Shown one piece after another: positions 28,276 to 37,963 of a stretch of DNA of 64,000 nucleotides. The stretch covers positions 693,364 to 757,363 of the forward strand of contig JBAZXH010000001.1 in NCBI GenBank assembly GCA_041659945.1, read 5' to 3'. Made by a program: the position numbers and the translations under genes. The stretch is from Candidatus Pacearchaeota archaeon (lineage in GTDB: Archaea > Nanobdellota > Nanobdellia > Pacearchaeales > GW2011-AR1). Position 1 is the stretch's first letter. The number at the start of each line of letters is the position of its first letter. The notes under the pieces were generated by a model. The model worked only from the letters and a program-made list of their open reading frames with translations. It had not been told where the DNA came from and ran no database searches.

Positions 28276-28530
28276 GTGTTTTTAAGATATTTGATGAATG
28301 AATATCCAAATGTTTATGTTATGTCTGCCCCTGTTTTAGATAGTCATCCTTTGGATTGGTGGAGGGTTGTAGAAGCTCTTGGACAAATTTGTAGTGGCTG
28401 CGAAGTTGATTTTGAACCTCATCAATATAGAGTAAAAACAGGAGCAAGGATACCTGAAGAAGTTATTAGAGGATTTAATCGATCAGGTCTTAGTGTTTCT
28501 ACACTTAGGCTTGAGGGTATTGCTGTTTAG
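28276..28530 (+). CDS. hypothetical protein (~80 aa; start uncertain, GTG or ATG at ~28294)
   Basis: ORF only. Confidence 0.3.
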   Translation: MFLRYLMNEYPNVYVMSAPVLDSHPLDWWRVVEALGQICSGCEVDFEPHQYRVKTGARIPEEVIRGFNRSGLSVSTLRLEGIAV

Positions 28531-28579
28531 TCTTGAACTTATATTATTGATATCGTTGTTTTTTAAAATTAAATTGAAA

Positions 28580-29089
28580 TTAATATGGGAAAATGATTCT
28601 GACTCTTTCATATTCTGGCTCTAGTTGGGTTTCCTGAGCAATTGCTAATACAATTCTTTTAAGAGTCAAAGGATTTGGATCGCCTTGAATTGAACAAGTT
28701 ACTCCATATTCCTTTAAATAACATCTCAGAGTATCATCATTTAAGTCTAATGTTTCTTTAAAAAATCGGTCTAATGATGCAGGACTAGAACCGCTATGGG
28801 GAAATCTGAAAAAAGCAATTCTTGGTTTATATCCTGCTTCTCTAATCATTTCTGCTGCGGTTTTTCTAGGCTGTTCTTCTCTTCTTGTTTTGCATTCGAG
28901 AAATTCATCTAACAAAACTAGTGCTGGTCTAGACGATCCAACTTTTTTAACTAGGTCTTCGACAGTATAACCTCTTTTCATAGCAGTACTTCTTAAATCT
29001 GGACAAAGATCATAAAATCTCCAAAAGTTCGGACCTCTTTTATCGGAATCTATTAAAACTAGAGGTATCTGGACAACATTTAATTTCAT
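28580..29089 (-). CDS. hypothetical protein (169 aa)
   Basis: ORF only. There is a weak alternating-strand pattern with acidic VLIDSD / LVLLDE segments. Confidence 0.4.
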   Translation of the reverse strand: MKLNVVQIPLVLIDSDKRGPNFWRFYDLCPDLRSTAMKRGYTVEDLVKKVGSSRPALVLLDEFLECKTRREEQPRKTAAEMIREAGYKPRIAFFRFPHSGSSPASLDRFFKETLDLNDDTLRCYLKEYGVTCSIQGDPNPLTLKRIVLAIAQETQLEPEYERVRIIFPY

Positions 29090-29171
29090 ATTGTTCTTAT
29101 TTTTTTAGTGTATTTAAGTATTTTTATGTTGTTGATAAAAGATTTAAATACTAGTAACTTATTCGATTTTT

Positions 29172-29471
29172 ATGGATTCAGCTACAAAACAAACTCTTGG
29201 GAAATATCTTGTTGAAAGAATTGGAGGTACATTAGTAGGAAATGATGGTACTCAGGATTCTAGATTGATTGATTTAGCAATAGATCAACCAAACGAAGGA
29301 GTTGGTAAAACCCAAATTTATGATCATGTTAAAACTTATTTAGCTGAAGCAGGTTTTGGAGAAGCTCACGAAGGTCACTTTTGGAAAGGAGACACTCAAA
29401 AGATAGTGTTAGTAACAAAACATGAAGATTCAAGTGAAGCTCGTGTGACGGTTAGACAGTTACATTCTTAA
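29172..29471 (+). CDS. hypothetical protein (99 aa)
   Basis: ORF with a TATA-like box upstream. Confidence 0.4.
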   Translation: MDSATKQTLGKYLVERIGGTLVGNDGTQDSRLIDLAIDQPNEGVGKTQIYDHVKTYLAEAGFGEAHEGHFWKGDTQKIVLVTKHEDSSEARVTVRQLHS

Positions 29472-29529
29472 TTTTTTTATTTTTTGAGTTATTACAAACC
29501 TTTTTAAAATCTAAACACTACTGGTTATT

Positions 29530-30036
29530 ATGGAAGAGGTTGCAAAAAGTAGCGTGAGTATTAAACCATTAAGTAAAAGGGATAGAAGAAAATTTTATAT
29601 TATTGGAATTATTGCAATTGTTGTTTTAATTTTGGCTGTTTATTTTACTTTTTTCTTTAGTGTTAAATGTAAGGATATTTCTTGTTGGGAGTATAAGCTT
29701 CAGAGATGTGCTAAGGCTCATTATTTAAGTGATAGCAAGGATGTTACTTGGTTATATAATATTGAAGGAAAGAAAGATAAGCTTTGTAATGTAGAGGTTA
29801 CAGCTAAGGAAATAAAAAGTGGATTGACAAGCGCTTTGGTTTTGGAAGGCAAGTCAATGGATTGTGTGTTGCCTTTAGGAGTTATTACAAGTCCGGAGTC
29901 AGATCCTAATTTGTGTTCAGGTCCGCTAAAAGAAGAAATGCAAGGACTTATAATCAAAAAGCTTCATGAATATATTGTCAGCAATATTGGCCAGATTAAT
30001 GAAGATTTGAATAAGGTTGATGGTGTTAGTTCTTAA
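29530..30036 (+). CDS. membrane-anchored Cys-containing extracellular protein
   Basis: N-terminal hydrophobic helix IIGIIAIVVLILAVYFTFFF followed by a Cys-containing domain. Confidence 0.5.
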   Translation: MEEVAKSSVSIKPLSKRDRRKFYIIGIIAIVVLILAVYFTFFFSVKCKDISCWEYKLQRCAKAHYLSDSKDVTWLYNIEGKKDKLCNVEVTAKEIKSGLTSALVLEGKSMDCVLPLGVITSPESDPNLCSGPLKEEMQGLIIKKLHEYIVSNIGQINEDLNKVDGVSS

Positions 30037-30046
30037 GATTGTATAC

Positions 30047-30280
30047 TTATTCTGATTGTTGCGTTGCAGCTTCTAATCCTTTTTCATCTAAAACTGTGCA
30101 TACTTCCTGAAGATTATAATAATCTGGGAACCCTTTAGGGTGATGATCCTTAACAAATTGCAAAAATCGCACATCATCTGCATTTGGATGTGTCCCTTTT
30201 GGAGTATAATTTGGATCAACATCTTTAATAAACATTTCATAAAACCCTTTAACATCTCGTATTCTGTCTGATTCTACCAT
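30047..30280 (-). CDS. hypothetical protein (77 aa)
   Basis: ORF only. Confidence 0.35.
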   Translation of the reverse strand: MVESDRIRDVKGFYEMFIKDVDPNYTPKGTHPNADDVRFLQFVKDHHPKGFPDYYNLQEVCTVLDEKGLEAATQQSE

Positions 30281-30398
30281 TTTATTTTGAGTGATAATTT
30301 ATGGTATCTGTTCAAGAAAGTAATATATAAACTTATCGCTGATGGGAGTATATACTGATTATATATAAATTTAAATATTTGATTAATAGTTTTGTTTT

Positions 30399-30860
30399 AT
30401 GTATGAAGATGTAATTGAAGCTTTGAAAGTTTGTGCTAGAGATGAAAGAGCTAGTCTTCTTGCCAGAATTGGTGGACATCGGTATAGACATTTTAATATA
30501 GATGAATTTCCAAATATGTTTGATGATGTTCATAGAGAAGAACAACATGAATATGGAGGAGTACCTTATGCAATTGTTCATCAGTCACAACCTTATGGTG
30601 ATGATACCTTATTAGTTAGATGGGACCCTTTAATGGATGCATGGACAATGAGTTTTGCTGCAATGGGGTGCCAATTTAAACCAAGAGGCGATCTTATCTT
30701 AGGAGATGATGATCCTCATGAAAGAGCTGCTTTAACTATCTTGGCTCAATTTGGATTGATTAAAAGAAGAAATGAATTTCATCCAACAAAAGTGGGTTTT
30801 ATAAGTCCTTTTAAATTAGAACAATTAGCTGCTAATGTTGATGATGTTAGGTCTTTATAA
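30399..30860 (+). CDS. hypothetical protein (153 aa)
   Basis: ORF only, divergent from 30047-30280. Confidence 0.4.
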   Translation: MYEDVIEALKVCARDERASLLARIGGHRYRHFNIDEFPNMFDDVHREEQHEYGGVPYAIVHQSQPYGDDTLLVRWDPLMDAWTMSFAAMGCQFKPRGDLILGDDDPHERAALTILAQFGLIKRRNEFHPTKVGFISPFKLEQLAANVDDVRSL

Positions 30861-30892
30861 AAGTCTTTAAAGTTTATTTTCTTTACTAAATT

Positions 30893-31687
30893 ATGGTAAT
30901 TAGATTTGGGCCCGGAGGGCTTGGGCCTGTAAAGGAGGCTATTGCAAACCTTGAGGAGTTTCATAAACTTGGAATCAGGGCATGTGAGATTGAGTTTACC
31001 TATGGAATTTATATTAATGAGAAAGATGCACCTTTGATTGCTAAAAAGGCTAAAGATTTGGATATTCGGCTGAGCATTCATGCACAATACTGGATAAACC
31101 TTAATTCTGAGGAAAAGATAAAGATTGAACAGAGCAAGAAGCGAATACTTGATTGTTGTAGAATTGGACATTTGTTAAGTGCTGGAAATAAAGTAAAAAT
31201 TGTCTTTCATCCGGGTTTTTACGGTAAGAAGGATAAAGAGGAGAGCTATTGTATTATAAAAGAAGCTATTTTGGAGCTTCGGGAGCTTGTGGAGAAGAAT
31301 AAATGGAATGTTGAGCTTTGCCCCGAAACAACTGGTAAACTTAATGTCTTTGGAAGTGTGGAGGACATTTTAAGACTGGTGAAAGATACTAAATGCAGCT
31401 TTACAATAGACTTTGCTCATTTGCTGGCTAGAAGTAATGGAAAAATGAGTTATGAAGAAATGTTTGAAAAGTTTAAAGATTTTCATAATTTACACTGCCA
31501 TTTTTCTGGAATAGCTTATGGGGAAAAGGGAGAAAAGAACCATATCTTAACACCAGATATAGAAATTGAAAAGCTGTTAAATGTGCTAAAAAATACAAAG
31601 AAAGAGATGGTTATAATTAATGAAAGTCCAGATCCAATTGGAGATAGTGTTAAATCAATCAAGGTTTTGGGGGAAATTAGCTCTTGA
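30893..31687 (+). CDS. AP endonuclease family 2 / endonuclease IV-like TIM-barrel protein
   Basis: His/Glu/Asp ladder LSIHAQYWINL, VFHPGFY, LCPETTG, IDFAHL, HCHFSG. Confidence 0.6.
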   Translation: MVIRFGPGGLGPVKEAIANLEEFHKLGIRACEIEFTYGIYINEKDAPLIAKKAKDLDIRLSIHAQYWINLNSEEKIKIEQSKKRILDCCRIGHLLSAGNKVKIVFHPGFYGKKDKEESYCIIKEAILELRELVEKNKWNVELCPETTGKLNVFGSVEDILRLVKDTKCSFTIDFAHLLARSNGKMSYEEMFEKFKDFHNLHCHFSGIAYGEKGEKNHILTPDIEIEKLLNVLKNTKKEMVIINESPDPIGDSVKSIKVLGEISS

Positions 31688-31689
31688 AA

Positions 31690-31917
31690 TTAATATGGAC
31701 CGGGATATGTAGCATAAATTGTTTTAAGGGCATTTTTTAGTCCTTCTAAACATTCTGGTTGAGTAACTTTAAGATAGCTTAATCCAAGAAAGGTTAACAT
31801 TCCTGCAGATGCACACCCAATAACTCCCATTATGTTAGCGAATCTACTTTCTCTTTCCTCTGCTTCTAGCTTAGCTATAAATTCAAAGTTCAATTGTTCT
31901 GGTTCTCTAGATTTCAT
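31690..31917 (-). CDS. small hypothetical protein with one hydrophobic helix (75 aa)
   Basis: ORF only, with the IMGVIGCASAGMLTFLGLSYL segment. Confidence 0.35.
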   Translation of the reverse strand: MKSREPEQLNFEFIAKLEAEERESRFANIMGVIGCASAGMLTFLGLSYLKVTQPECLEGLKNALKTIYATYPGPY

Positions 31918-31976
31918 ATTATTCTTTTAAATTAGTTCTTTTTATATTTTTATATGATTCTTGGAAAGCAAATATC

Positions 31977-32384
31977 TTAAATTCCTGCATCTTTTTTGAG
32001 ATCATTTAGAAGTCTTTTGTTTAGGATTGTTTTTGCTTTTCTAATCTTTTCTCGGGTTAGGGATTTTTCTTTTATTGATTTCCTAAGCAACAAAATTGGA
32101 ACAATATCAATTTTATAGTTTCCACTTTCAAATGTTTTTGCAAGAGTTGTTGAAACAGCTAAAATTTCTGCCTTTTTTGCTGTTTGTTCAATTAGAAATA
32201 TTCCAACTAGGTCTTCTAGAAAGGGGGTCATGATTTTTATGACATCTCGGTTGACATTTAGGGGTGGATTGATAACTCTTACTATAACTTCTGAGCCTAA
32301 AAGTGACTTTGGAAGTAAAACTCCTGCACTGTTTCCAACTCTAATTGTCCGACGGAGAAACTGTTTTTTTATTACTTGTGGCAT
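31977..32384 (-). CDS. AbrB/SpoVT-like DNA-binding domain protein
   Basis: N-terminal RTIRVGNSAGVLLPKSLLGSEVIVRV resembles the swapped-hairpin AbrB/MazE fold. Confidence 0.4.
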   Translation of the reverse strand: MPQVIKKQFLRRTIRVGNSAGVLLPKSLLGSEVIVRVINPPLNVNRDVIKIMTPFLEDLVGIFLIEQTAKKAEILAVSTTLAKTFESGNYKIDIVPILLLRKSIKEKSLTREKIRKAKTILNKRLLNDLKKDAGI

Positions 32385-32546
32385 ATGTTATAACAATGTT
32401 ATAACAGGTATATAAATATTGCTATTTTTTGACCAGTTAGTTACTTTGGAGTAGTATCCCGTTTTGTTGTCACCATAAAGTTTATAAAGCTCCTAAATGT
32501 ATGAATTTTAATCTAAATTTAATCAAAAACAAAGGTAAAACCAAAA

Positions 32547-33746
32547 ATGAATTCAAAATTTATTTTGGTTTCTTTTATAGCAGTTCTTACAATTGCTATG
32601 TTGGGAACTTTTGCTAGTGCTGCAAGTTTGGACATTAAAAACCAATATGTGGAAGTTAATGGCCTACCTGCAACTGGAAACAATGCAGTTATCTCTGGTG
32701 ATACATTACCAGTGAGAATTGATTTCACTGCAAATGAAAATGCAAGTGAAGTTCAAGTTTCTGCATGGGTTCAAGGCTACAGAAGTGAAAGAGTTCAACA
32801 GGATTTCGCAGACCTGATTTCAGGCGGCGATTATTCAGCAAGATTACTTGTTGATGTACCTACAGACCTAGATCCTACACAAGACTTAACTCTTTATGTA
32901 AGAGTTGAATCTGACAATGGAAACTGGGAAGACTCCTTTAACCTTAAAGGTCAAAGACAGTCTAATGAACTTAGTGTACTTTTAGTAGACATGGATAACA
33001 CAGTAAAAGCTGGCTCAACAATGCCAATTGGTGTAGTTGTAAAGAACATCGGAATGCATGAATCTCAGGATACAATGGTAACTGTTAAGGTTCCAGAACT
33101 TGGAATCTCAAAGACAGCCTATCTTGAAGACCTTGCAGTTCTTGACACATGTACTGAAAACTGTGACAATGAAGACTCTGTTGAGAGAAATCTTTTCTTA
33201 ACAATTCCTTCAAATGCCCCAGCTGGAGTATATAAAGTTGAAATTACTGCATTTAATGACAAGACAGAAGCAACTGTTGTTAAAACATTGACTGTAGCTC
33301 AAAGTGAAGCTTCAGGCAAGATTTTAGCTAACCCTTCAAGTAAGTCATTCGCAGTTGGAGAAGAAGCTGTATATGAACTTGTCCTAGTTAATTCTGGAGA
33401 CAAGCTAGCTATATACAACTTAGGCTCAACAGCATCAGATGCATTAACAGTAACTTTAAGTGACTATGTAGCTGCTGTTCCTGCTGGATCAAGCAAGACT
33501 GTAACAGTCTATGCAACAGCAAACAGAGAAGGAACATTTGGATTTGCTGTAACAGCAAACTCAGATAACTTCAGCGACAAAGTAAACTACACTGCAGTTG
33601 TTAAAAACCAAAAGATAACTAACAACAACATTATTGTATTGACAATAGCTCTTGCAATAATTTTCGTTGTACTAGTAATTGTATTGGTTGTATTGCTAAC
33701 AAGGAGACCACAGAAATCTGAGGAATTTGGAGAAAGTTACTACTAA
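32547..33746 (+). CDS. S-layer-like cell-surface protein
   Basis: Signal peptide, beta-rich T/V/N/S-rich body, C-terminal TM helix plus a short basic tail. Codon usage suggests high expression and a long oligo-T tract follows. Confidence 0.55.
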   Translation: MNSKFILVSFIAVLTIAMLGTFASAASLDIKNQYVEVNGLPATGNNAVISGDTLPVRIDFTANENASEVQVSAWVQGYRSERVQQDFADLISGGDYSARLLVDVPTDLDPTQDLTLYVRVESDNGNWEDSFNLKGQRQSNELSVLLVDMDNTVKAGSTMPIGVVVKNIGMHESQDTMVTVKVPELGISKTAYLEDLAVLDTCTENCDNEDSVERNLFLTIPSNAPAGVYKVEITAFNDKTEATVVKTLTVAQSEASGKILANPSSKSFAVGEEAVYELVLVNSGDKLAIYNLGSTASDALTVTLSDYVAAVPAGSSKTVTVYATANREGTFGFAVTANSDNFSDKVNYTAVVKNQKITNNNIIVLTIALAIIFVVLVIVLVVLLTRRPQKSEEFGESYY

Positions 33747-33826
33747 ATTTAATTATTTATTTTTTATTTTTTTAGTTTAATTTTCCCTTTCCTTTTTTTA
33801 TTTTTTTATTTTTTTATAAAAAAATA
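33747..33826 (+). terminator. extended oligo-T terminator region
   Basis: Multiple T5-T8 runs immediately after the surface-protein stop codon (archaeal oligo-T termination signals). Confidence 0.5.
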
Positions 33827-33870
33827 AGCGGTGATAATAGAGAAAACAAGAGTAGTGTTAATTTTGGAAA

Positions 33871-34278
33871 ATGACAGAAAGATTAAGTGAAAAGGTATAT
33901 AGAATTCATTATGAACCTATAACCAACCCTTTTTTTGATAGTCGCTCAGCTATTGGTTTAGATTTAGAAAGAGGAGCTTTAGAAGTTCCGGTTCAGAGAT
34001 TATTTCATGATTATCAGAGACATTCTGGTCTTATAACAAGGCTTGGAGCAAGACCTGATGAAAATGAAAGGCATGTTGAAACTTATTTGATACATGGTTG
34101 TTTAGTACAATTCGTGCATCCTACTGAAGATCGAAAATTTATGACTGAAATTTTTTTAACTGGTGAAGATAAAGATAGAATGAGAGAAACAGCTACGGAT
34201 TTGGGTTTACCTTTTGATGAAGATCATTGTTTCACAAGGCAAGATGGATCAATAGGGTTTGGACCTGAAATAAAATAA
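33871..34278 (+). CDS. hypothetical protein (135 aa)
   Basis: ORF only. Confidence 0.4.
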   Translation: MTERLSEKVYRIHYEPITNPFFDSRSAIGLDLERGALEVPVQRLFHDYQRHSGLITRLGARPDENERHVETYLIHGCLVQFVHPTEDRKFMTEIFLTGEDKDRMRETATDLGLPFDEDHCFTRQDGSIGFGPEIK

Positions 34279-34297
34279 GATTAAAAATAATATTAAA

Positions 34298-34612
34298 ATG
34301 AACCGATTAAATAAAATAGACATTAGTTTTGTGGGAAGTGGAAGACCCGAAGTTACTGATTTATCTGCCTATGATCAATTCCCAGAAGTAGATCTTAGTT
34401 CTGCAGTTGTTGGATTTAGGGATTATGCTGCGAGAGTTGCACATCAAGTTGTTAATAGCCTTGCGGCTTTAGAAGGTTTACCTGAAGAAGAAAGAAATCG
34501 AAGGGCATTGGAGATAATAAGAGATACGGGAGTTGATTACCGAGGGGTTTTAAAGGAGATGTTTCCAGAGGATACTGGTGTCAGCTTGAGAATTGATTTT
34601 CCTGAGAAATAA
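34298..34612 (+). CDS. hypothetical protein (104 aa)
   Basis: ORF 19 nt after the previous one, probably co-transcribed. Confidence 0.4.
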   Translation: MNRLNKIDISFVGSGRPEVTDLSAYDQFPEVDLSSAVVGFRDYAARVAHQVVNSLAALEGLPEEERNRRALEIIRDTGVDYRGVLKEMFPEDTGVSLRIDFPEK

Positions 34613-34990
34613 CTATTGATCCACATAAGGATAATCTTGTTTTATTTTTGGTAAAATTTCAATCCAACATTCTTTTAATTTAGTATAATTGCCTGGGTTT
34701 GTAGCCCATAAGTTATTACAATCCATCCAGTATTTTGTAATATACTTAGCATCACTTTTAGTTGGAGTATATAAGCCCTCTCCGCATTTGTTCCAGCAAG
34801 TTGGTTCAAAAACTAAAATGGAATTATTTCTTTCATGAGGGACTATTGGACATTGCACCGAACAGCCAATAAATTTATATTCAAATGTATGCTCTCTTCT
34901 TTCATCAAGTTTTGTTTTTATTAAGTAACCACTAGCAATTATTATAACTAAAACTAAGCAGATTAAAAGAATTATCAACCACTTTTTCAT
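34613..34990 (-). CDS. membrane-anchored Cys-rich extracellular protein
   Basis: N-terminal TM WLIILLICLVLVIIIASGYLI and 8 Cys in the ectodomain. Confidence 0.5.
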   Translation of the reverse strand: MKKWLIILLICLVLVIIIASGYLIKTKLDERREHTFEYKFIGCSVQCPIVPHERNNSILVFEPTCWNKCGEGLYTPTKSDAKYITKYWMDCNNLWATNPGNYTKLKECWIEILPKIKQDYPYVDQ

Positions 34991-35014
34991 TTAGTATTTA
35001 GGACTGATTAGTTT

Positions 35015-37879
35015 TTAAACTTTTAGACTTAAAACCTTACTTATTCCATTATTCATGCTTACACCGTAAATTACATTGGCACTTGAGATGATTGAATCAT
35101 TGTGGCTTATTACAATGTACTGGCCGGCTTTCATGTATTGCTTTAGTAAGTTTGAGAGGAGTTCGGAATTGCGCTTGTCAAGGGCAGCATCAATTTCATC
35201 TAGAATGTAGAAGCAATAGGGTTTGAATTCTTGGATTGCAAAGATCAATGAGAGAGCTACAAGGGTTTGTTCTCCGCCTGATAGAGAGGTAACATCAAAG
35301 TATTTTCCTTGAGCTATTTTGATTGTTATATTTACTCCGCCCTCAAAGATATCTTCTTGGTTTTCGATTTCTAGAAAGGCTTTACCCTTAACACTTAGAT
35401 GACTGAAATTTCTTGTGAAAAGATCATTTATGGCTGTGAAGGTTTTCATAAATGTTTTTTTCTTTTTTATGTCAATTTCATGGATTACTTTTAGGATTTC
35501 ATCTCTTTCCTTTTCCAATTGTTCAACTTTCTGGGAGATCTTATCATATTCTTCTTTTATTGAGTCATAGACTTCCAAAGCTCTAAGATTTACATTTCCT
35601 ATTTCCATGAGCATTCTTTCGGATTTTTCAAGTCTTTCCTGAAGAGATTGTTTGCTTCCGGGTAGAATTTCAACTTCATGGAATTCTCTTATTTCAAATT
35701 CTAGAGACTCTTTTTCAGCTGAGATGCGTGCTATGTTTATCTTGAAATTGTTTATTGAATCATCTATTCGGTTAAGGGCGTTTTGTTGATTAACTAGAAG
35801 TATGTTTTTATCCTTTAATCTTTCCTGAAGAGCAGTTCTTTCTTCAAATAACTTATTGAATTTTTCTGATAGCAGTTTTGAGGCTTTTTCTTTTTCTGAT
35901 AGCAGTTTTTCGTTTTGTTTTAAATCTATTGTGATTCTGGATATTTCATCTTCAATTTCTTTTCTGTCTTTTAGAATATTTTTTATTACATTTTTGATGT
36001 TTTCCAGTTCTCTTTCTTTGTATAGTATTGCGGTATCTAAACTTTCATCTGTTCGGGATGAAAGTTCCTGCATTTCAAAGAATAAACTTTGGTATTTCTT
36101 TTCAATTGATTCTCTATCCTGGAATTTCTTTTCAAGTCTTTTTTTACTTTCTTCTATTTCTAGAAGTTCTTTTTTTACATTTTCTTCATCAGCCATTAGC
36201 TTTCGCATGTGATCTTTCTTTTCTTGAACATTGCTTAGCTTGACTAGATCAAGCTTTTTTTCAGAATATAACCTTTGAAATGTTTGTATTTCGGTGTTTA
36301 TTGAAAGATATCTATCATTTAAGTCTGTTTGACTTGTTTTTAGTTTATTAATTTCTTCTTCTGCATGTTTTATTCTGTTGTCAGCATAGGTTAGAACATG
36401 AGATATGTGCGATTCGGTAAGTTTAGTCTGGCATAAAGGACAGGTATCTGTTTTTGGCATTTGTGCTTTTAATTTTTTATTTCTTTCAATTTCAGAATCT
36501 GCAACAGAAATCTGTTTTCCAATCTCTATTTTTTCGTGATTTGTTTCATTAAGATTTTTAATTAAACTTTCTATTTTTTCCCGGATTCTTATTATTTCTT
36601 CATTACATTGTTCAAGAGATTTTGAAGAAATCTCTTCTGAAAGTTGTTTTATTTGATTAAACAGAAATTTTGATTCACTTTGCATTCTCTCGAGTGTTTT
36701 TTCCTTGTCTCTTATTCTATCTCTAAAATTATTAAATTCTACCTGGTAGGAGTAGATTTTATCCCTTTCTTCTTGTATTTTTTCCAGCTCTTGTTTTTTC
36801 TTTTTTAGTTCATCTTGTCTTTTTGAGACTTTTGGGCTTTCCTTTTTTAGTTCTTCCAATTCTTTTTCCAGCTCTTTAGTGTTAGACTCTAGCTCTTTTT
36901 TTCTTATTTCATTGTCTGCTATTCTTTTTTCAAAGTTTTCCTTTCTGGCAGTATTTGAAGCTATTTTTACATTAAGATCTGTAATCTCTTCGTTTAGGGA
37001 CTCTCTTTCATAGCCTGTTGTTTTTTGGATAAATTGATTAATTTCGTTAATTCTATTTTCCATGGAGAGCATGTCTGTGTTTATTTGATCTATTTCTTTT
37101 TTTATTGTATCACGATATTTTTTGCTTTTTCCAATTTCACCCTCTACTGTACTAATCTCCTTTTCTTTTTCTTCTATACCTTTGTTTATTATGGAAGCTT
37201 TAGATTGCTTTACTGTTTTTTCAAGATCTTTAAATCTTAGAGCTTGTTTTCTTTCAAGTTCTAGGTTTTTTAGATAGCTTGTACGCTCCCTTAGAACAGC
37301 GTTAACTTCCTTTAGCTTTTGTTCTGTTTTTTCAATTTCTGAAAGAGCTTTTTGTTTTCTTGATTCGTAGATTGAAATTCCGGCAACTTCTTCTATTATT
37401 TTTCTTCTATCTTCACCGTGCATTTTTATGAATCTTGCAATTTCTCCCTGAAGTACAATGTTAAATCCGTTTGGATCAATTCCTGCTTGAGCTAGGAGTT
37501 CTAGGATTTCCTGGCGGGTTTTTGTTTCATTATTTATTTTATAGATGCTCATTCCATTTCTTCTTACAACTCTTTTTATTATTACTTCATTTGAGTCTAT
37601 GGAGAAAATTCTGTCTGAGTTATCAATAAACAATTCTACAGATGCTTCTTGTGCAGGTTTTTTTTCTTTATTACCCTGAAACAAAAGGTTTGCAGCTCTC
37701 GCAGCTCTCATGCTTTTAATGCTTAGTCTTCCAAGAACAAAACATAGTGCGTCTGAGATATTAGATTTTCCAGATCCATTTGGGCCAATAATTACATTTA
37801 TACCTGTGTCAAAGGGTAATTCTGTTCTAGGAGCAAAGCTTTTGAAGCCCTGTATCACCAGCTTTTTAATATAAGCCAT
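35015..37879 (-). CDS. SMC-family ATPase lacking a hinge, with a central CxxC (zinc-hook-like) motif
   Basis: SMC head: GFKSFA...GPNGSGKSNISDALCFVLG, Q-loop IVLQGEI, EEVAGISIYESRK, signature LSGGEQTLVALSLIFA, Walker B FYILDEIDAALD. 954 aa of K/E coiled coil with DTCPLCQTKL at about residue 483. Confidence 0.8.
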   Translation of the reverse strand: MAYIKKLVIQGFKSFAPRTELPFDTGINVIIGPNGSGKSNISDALCFVLGRLSIKSMRAARAANLLFQGNKEKKPAQEASVELFIDNSDRIFSIDSNEVIIKRVVRRNGMSIYKINNETKTRQEILELLAQAGIDPNGFNIVLQGEIARFIKMHGEDRRKIIEEVAGISIYESRKQKALSEIEKTEQKLKEVNAVLRERTSYLKNLELERKQALRFKDLEKTVKQSKASIINKGIEEKEKEISTVEGEIGKSKKYRDTIKKEIDQINTDMLSMENRINEINQFIQKTTGYERESLNEEITDLNVKIASNTARKENFEKRIADNEIRKKELESNTKELEKELEELKKESPKVSKRQDELKKKKQELEKIQEERDKIYSYQVEFNNFRDRIRDKEKTLERMQSESKFLFNQIKQLSEEISSKSLEQCNEEIIRIREKIESLIKNLNETNHEKIEIGKQISVADSEIERNKKLKAQMPKTDTCPLCQTKLTESHISHVLTYADNRIKHAEEEINKLKTSQTDLNDRYLSINTEIQTFQRLYSEKKLDLVKLSNVQEKKDHMRKLMADEENVKKELLEIEESKKRLEKKFQDRESIEKKYQSLFFEMQELSSRTDESLDTAILYKERELENIKNVIKNILKDRKEIEDEISRITIDLKQNEKLLSEKEKASKLLSEKFNKLFEERTALQERLKDKNILLVNQQNALNRIDDSINNFKINIARISAEKESLEFEIREFHEVEILPGSKQSLQERLEKSERMLMEIGNVNLRALEVYDSIKEEYDKISQKVEQLEKERDEILKVIHEIDIKKKKTFMKTFTAINDLFTRNFSHLSVKGKAFLEIENQEDIFEGGVNITIKIAQGKYFDVTSLSGGEQTLVALSLIFAIQEFKPYCFYILDEIDAALDKRNSELLSNLLKQYMKAGQYIVISHNDSIISSANVIYGVSMNNGISKVLSLKV

Positions 37880-37898
37880 TAAATGAAGAGGTTTTATA

Positions 37899-37912
37899 GT
37901 TTTTTAAACTTT
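37899..37912 (-). promoter_or_regulatory. BRE/TATA-like box for the SMC-like gene
   Basis: The minus strand reads aaagtttaaaaaac ~26 nt upstream of the ATG. Confidence 0.4.
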
Positions 37913-37963
37913 GATATGGCGTTTTAGAATGGATTAAGTTTCTAATTAACTCAATTTTTATTC

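Noticed and set aside
30333-31171. Minus-strand ORFs 30333-30581 and 30779-31171.
   Set aside because: They are antisense to 30399-30860 and the endonuclease IV-like gene, with I/F/N-rich shadow translations.
35856-37240. ORFs 35856-36212, 36028-36243 and 37025-37240 on the plus strand.
   Set aside because: They are antisense to the SMC-like coiled-coil region. Their S/F/L-rich low-complexity translations mirror the K/E-rich coil.
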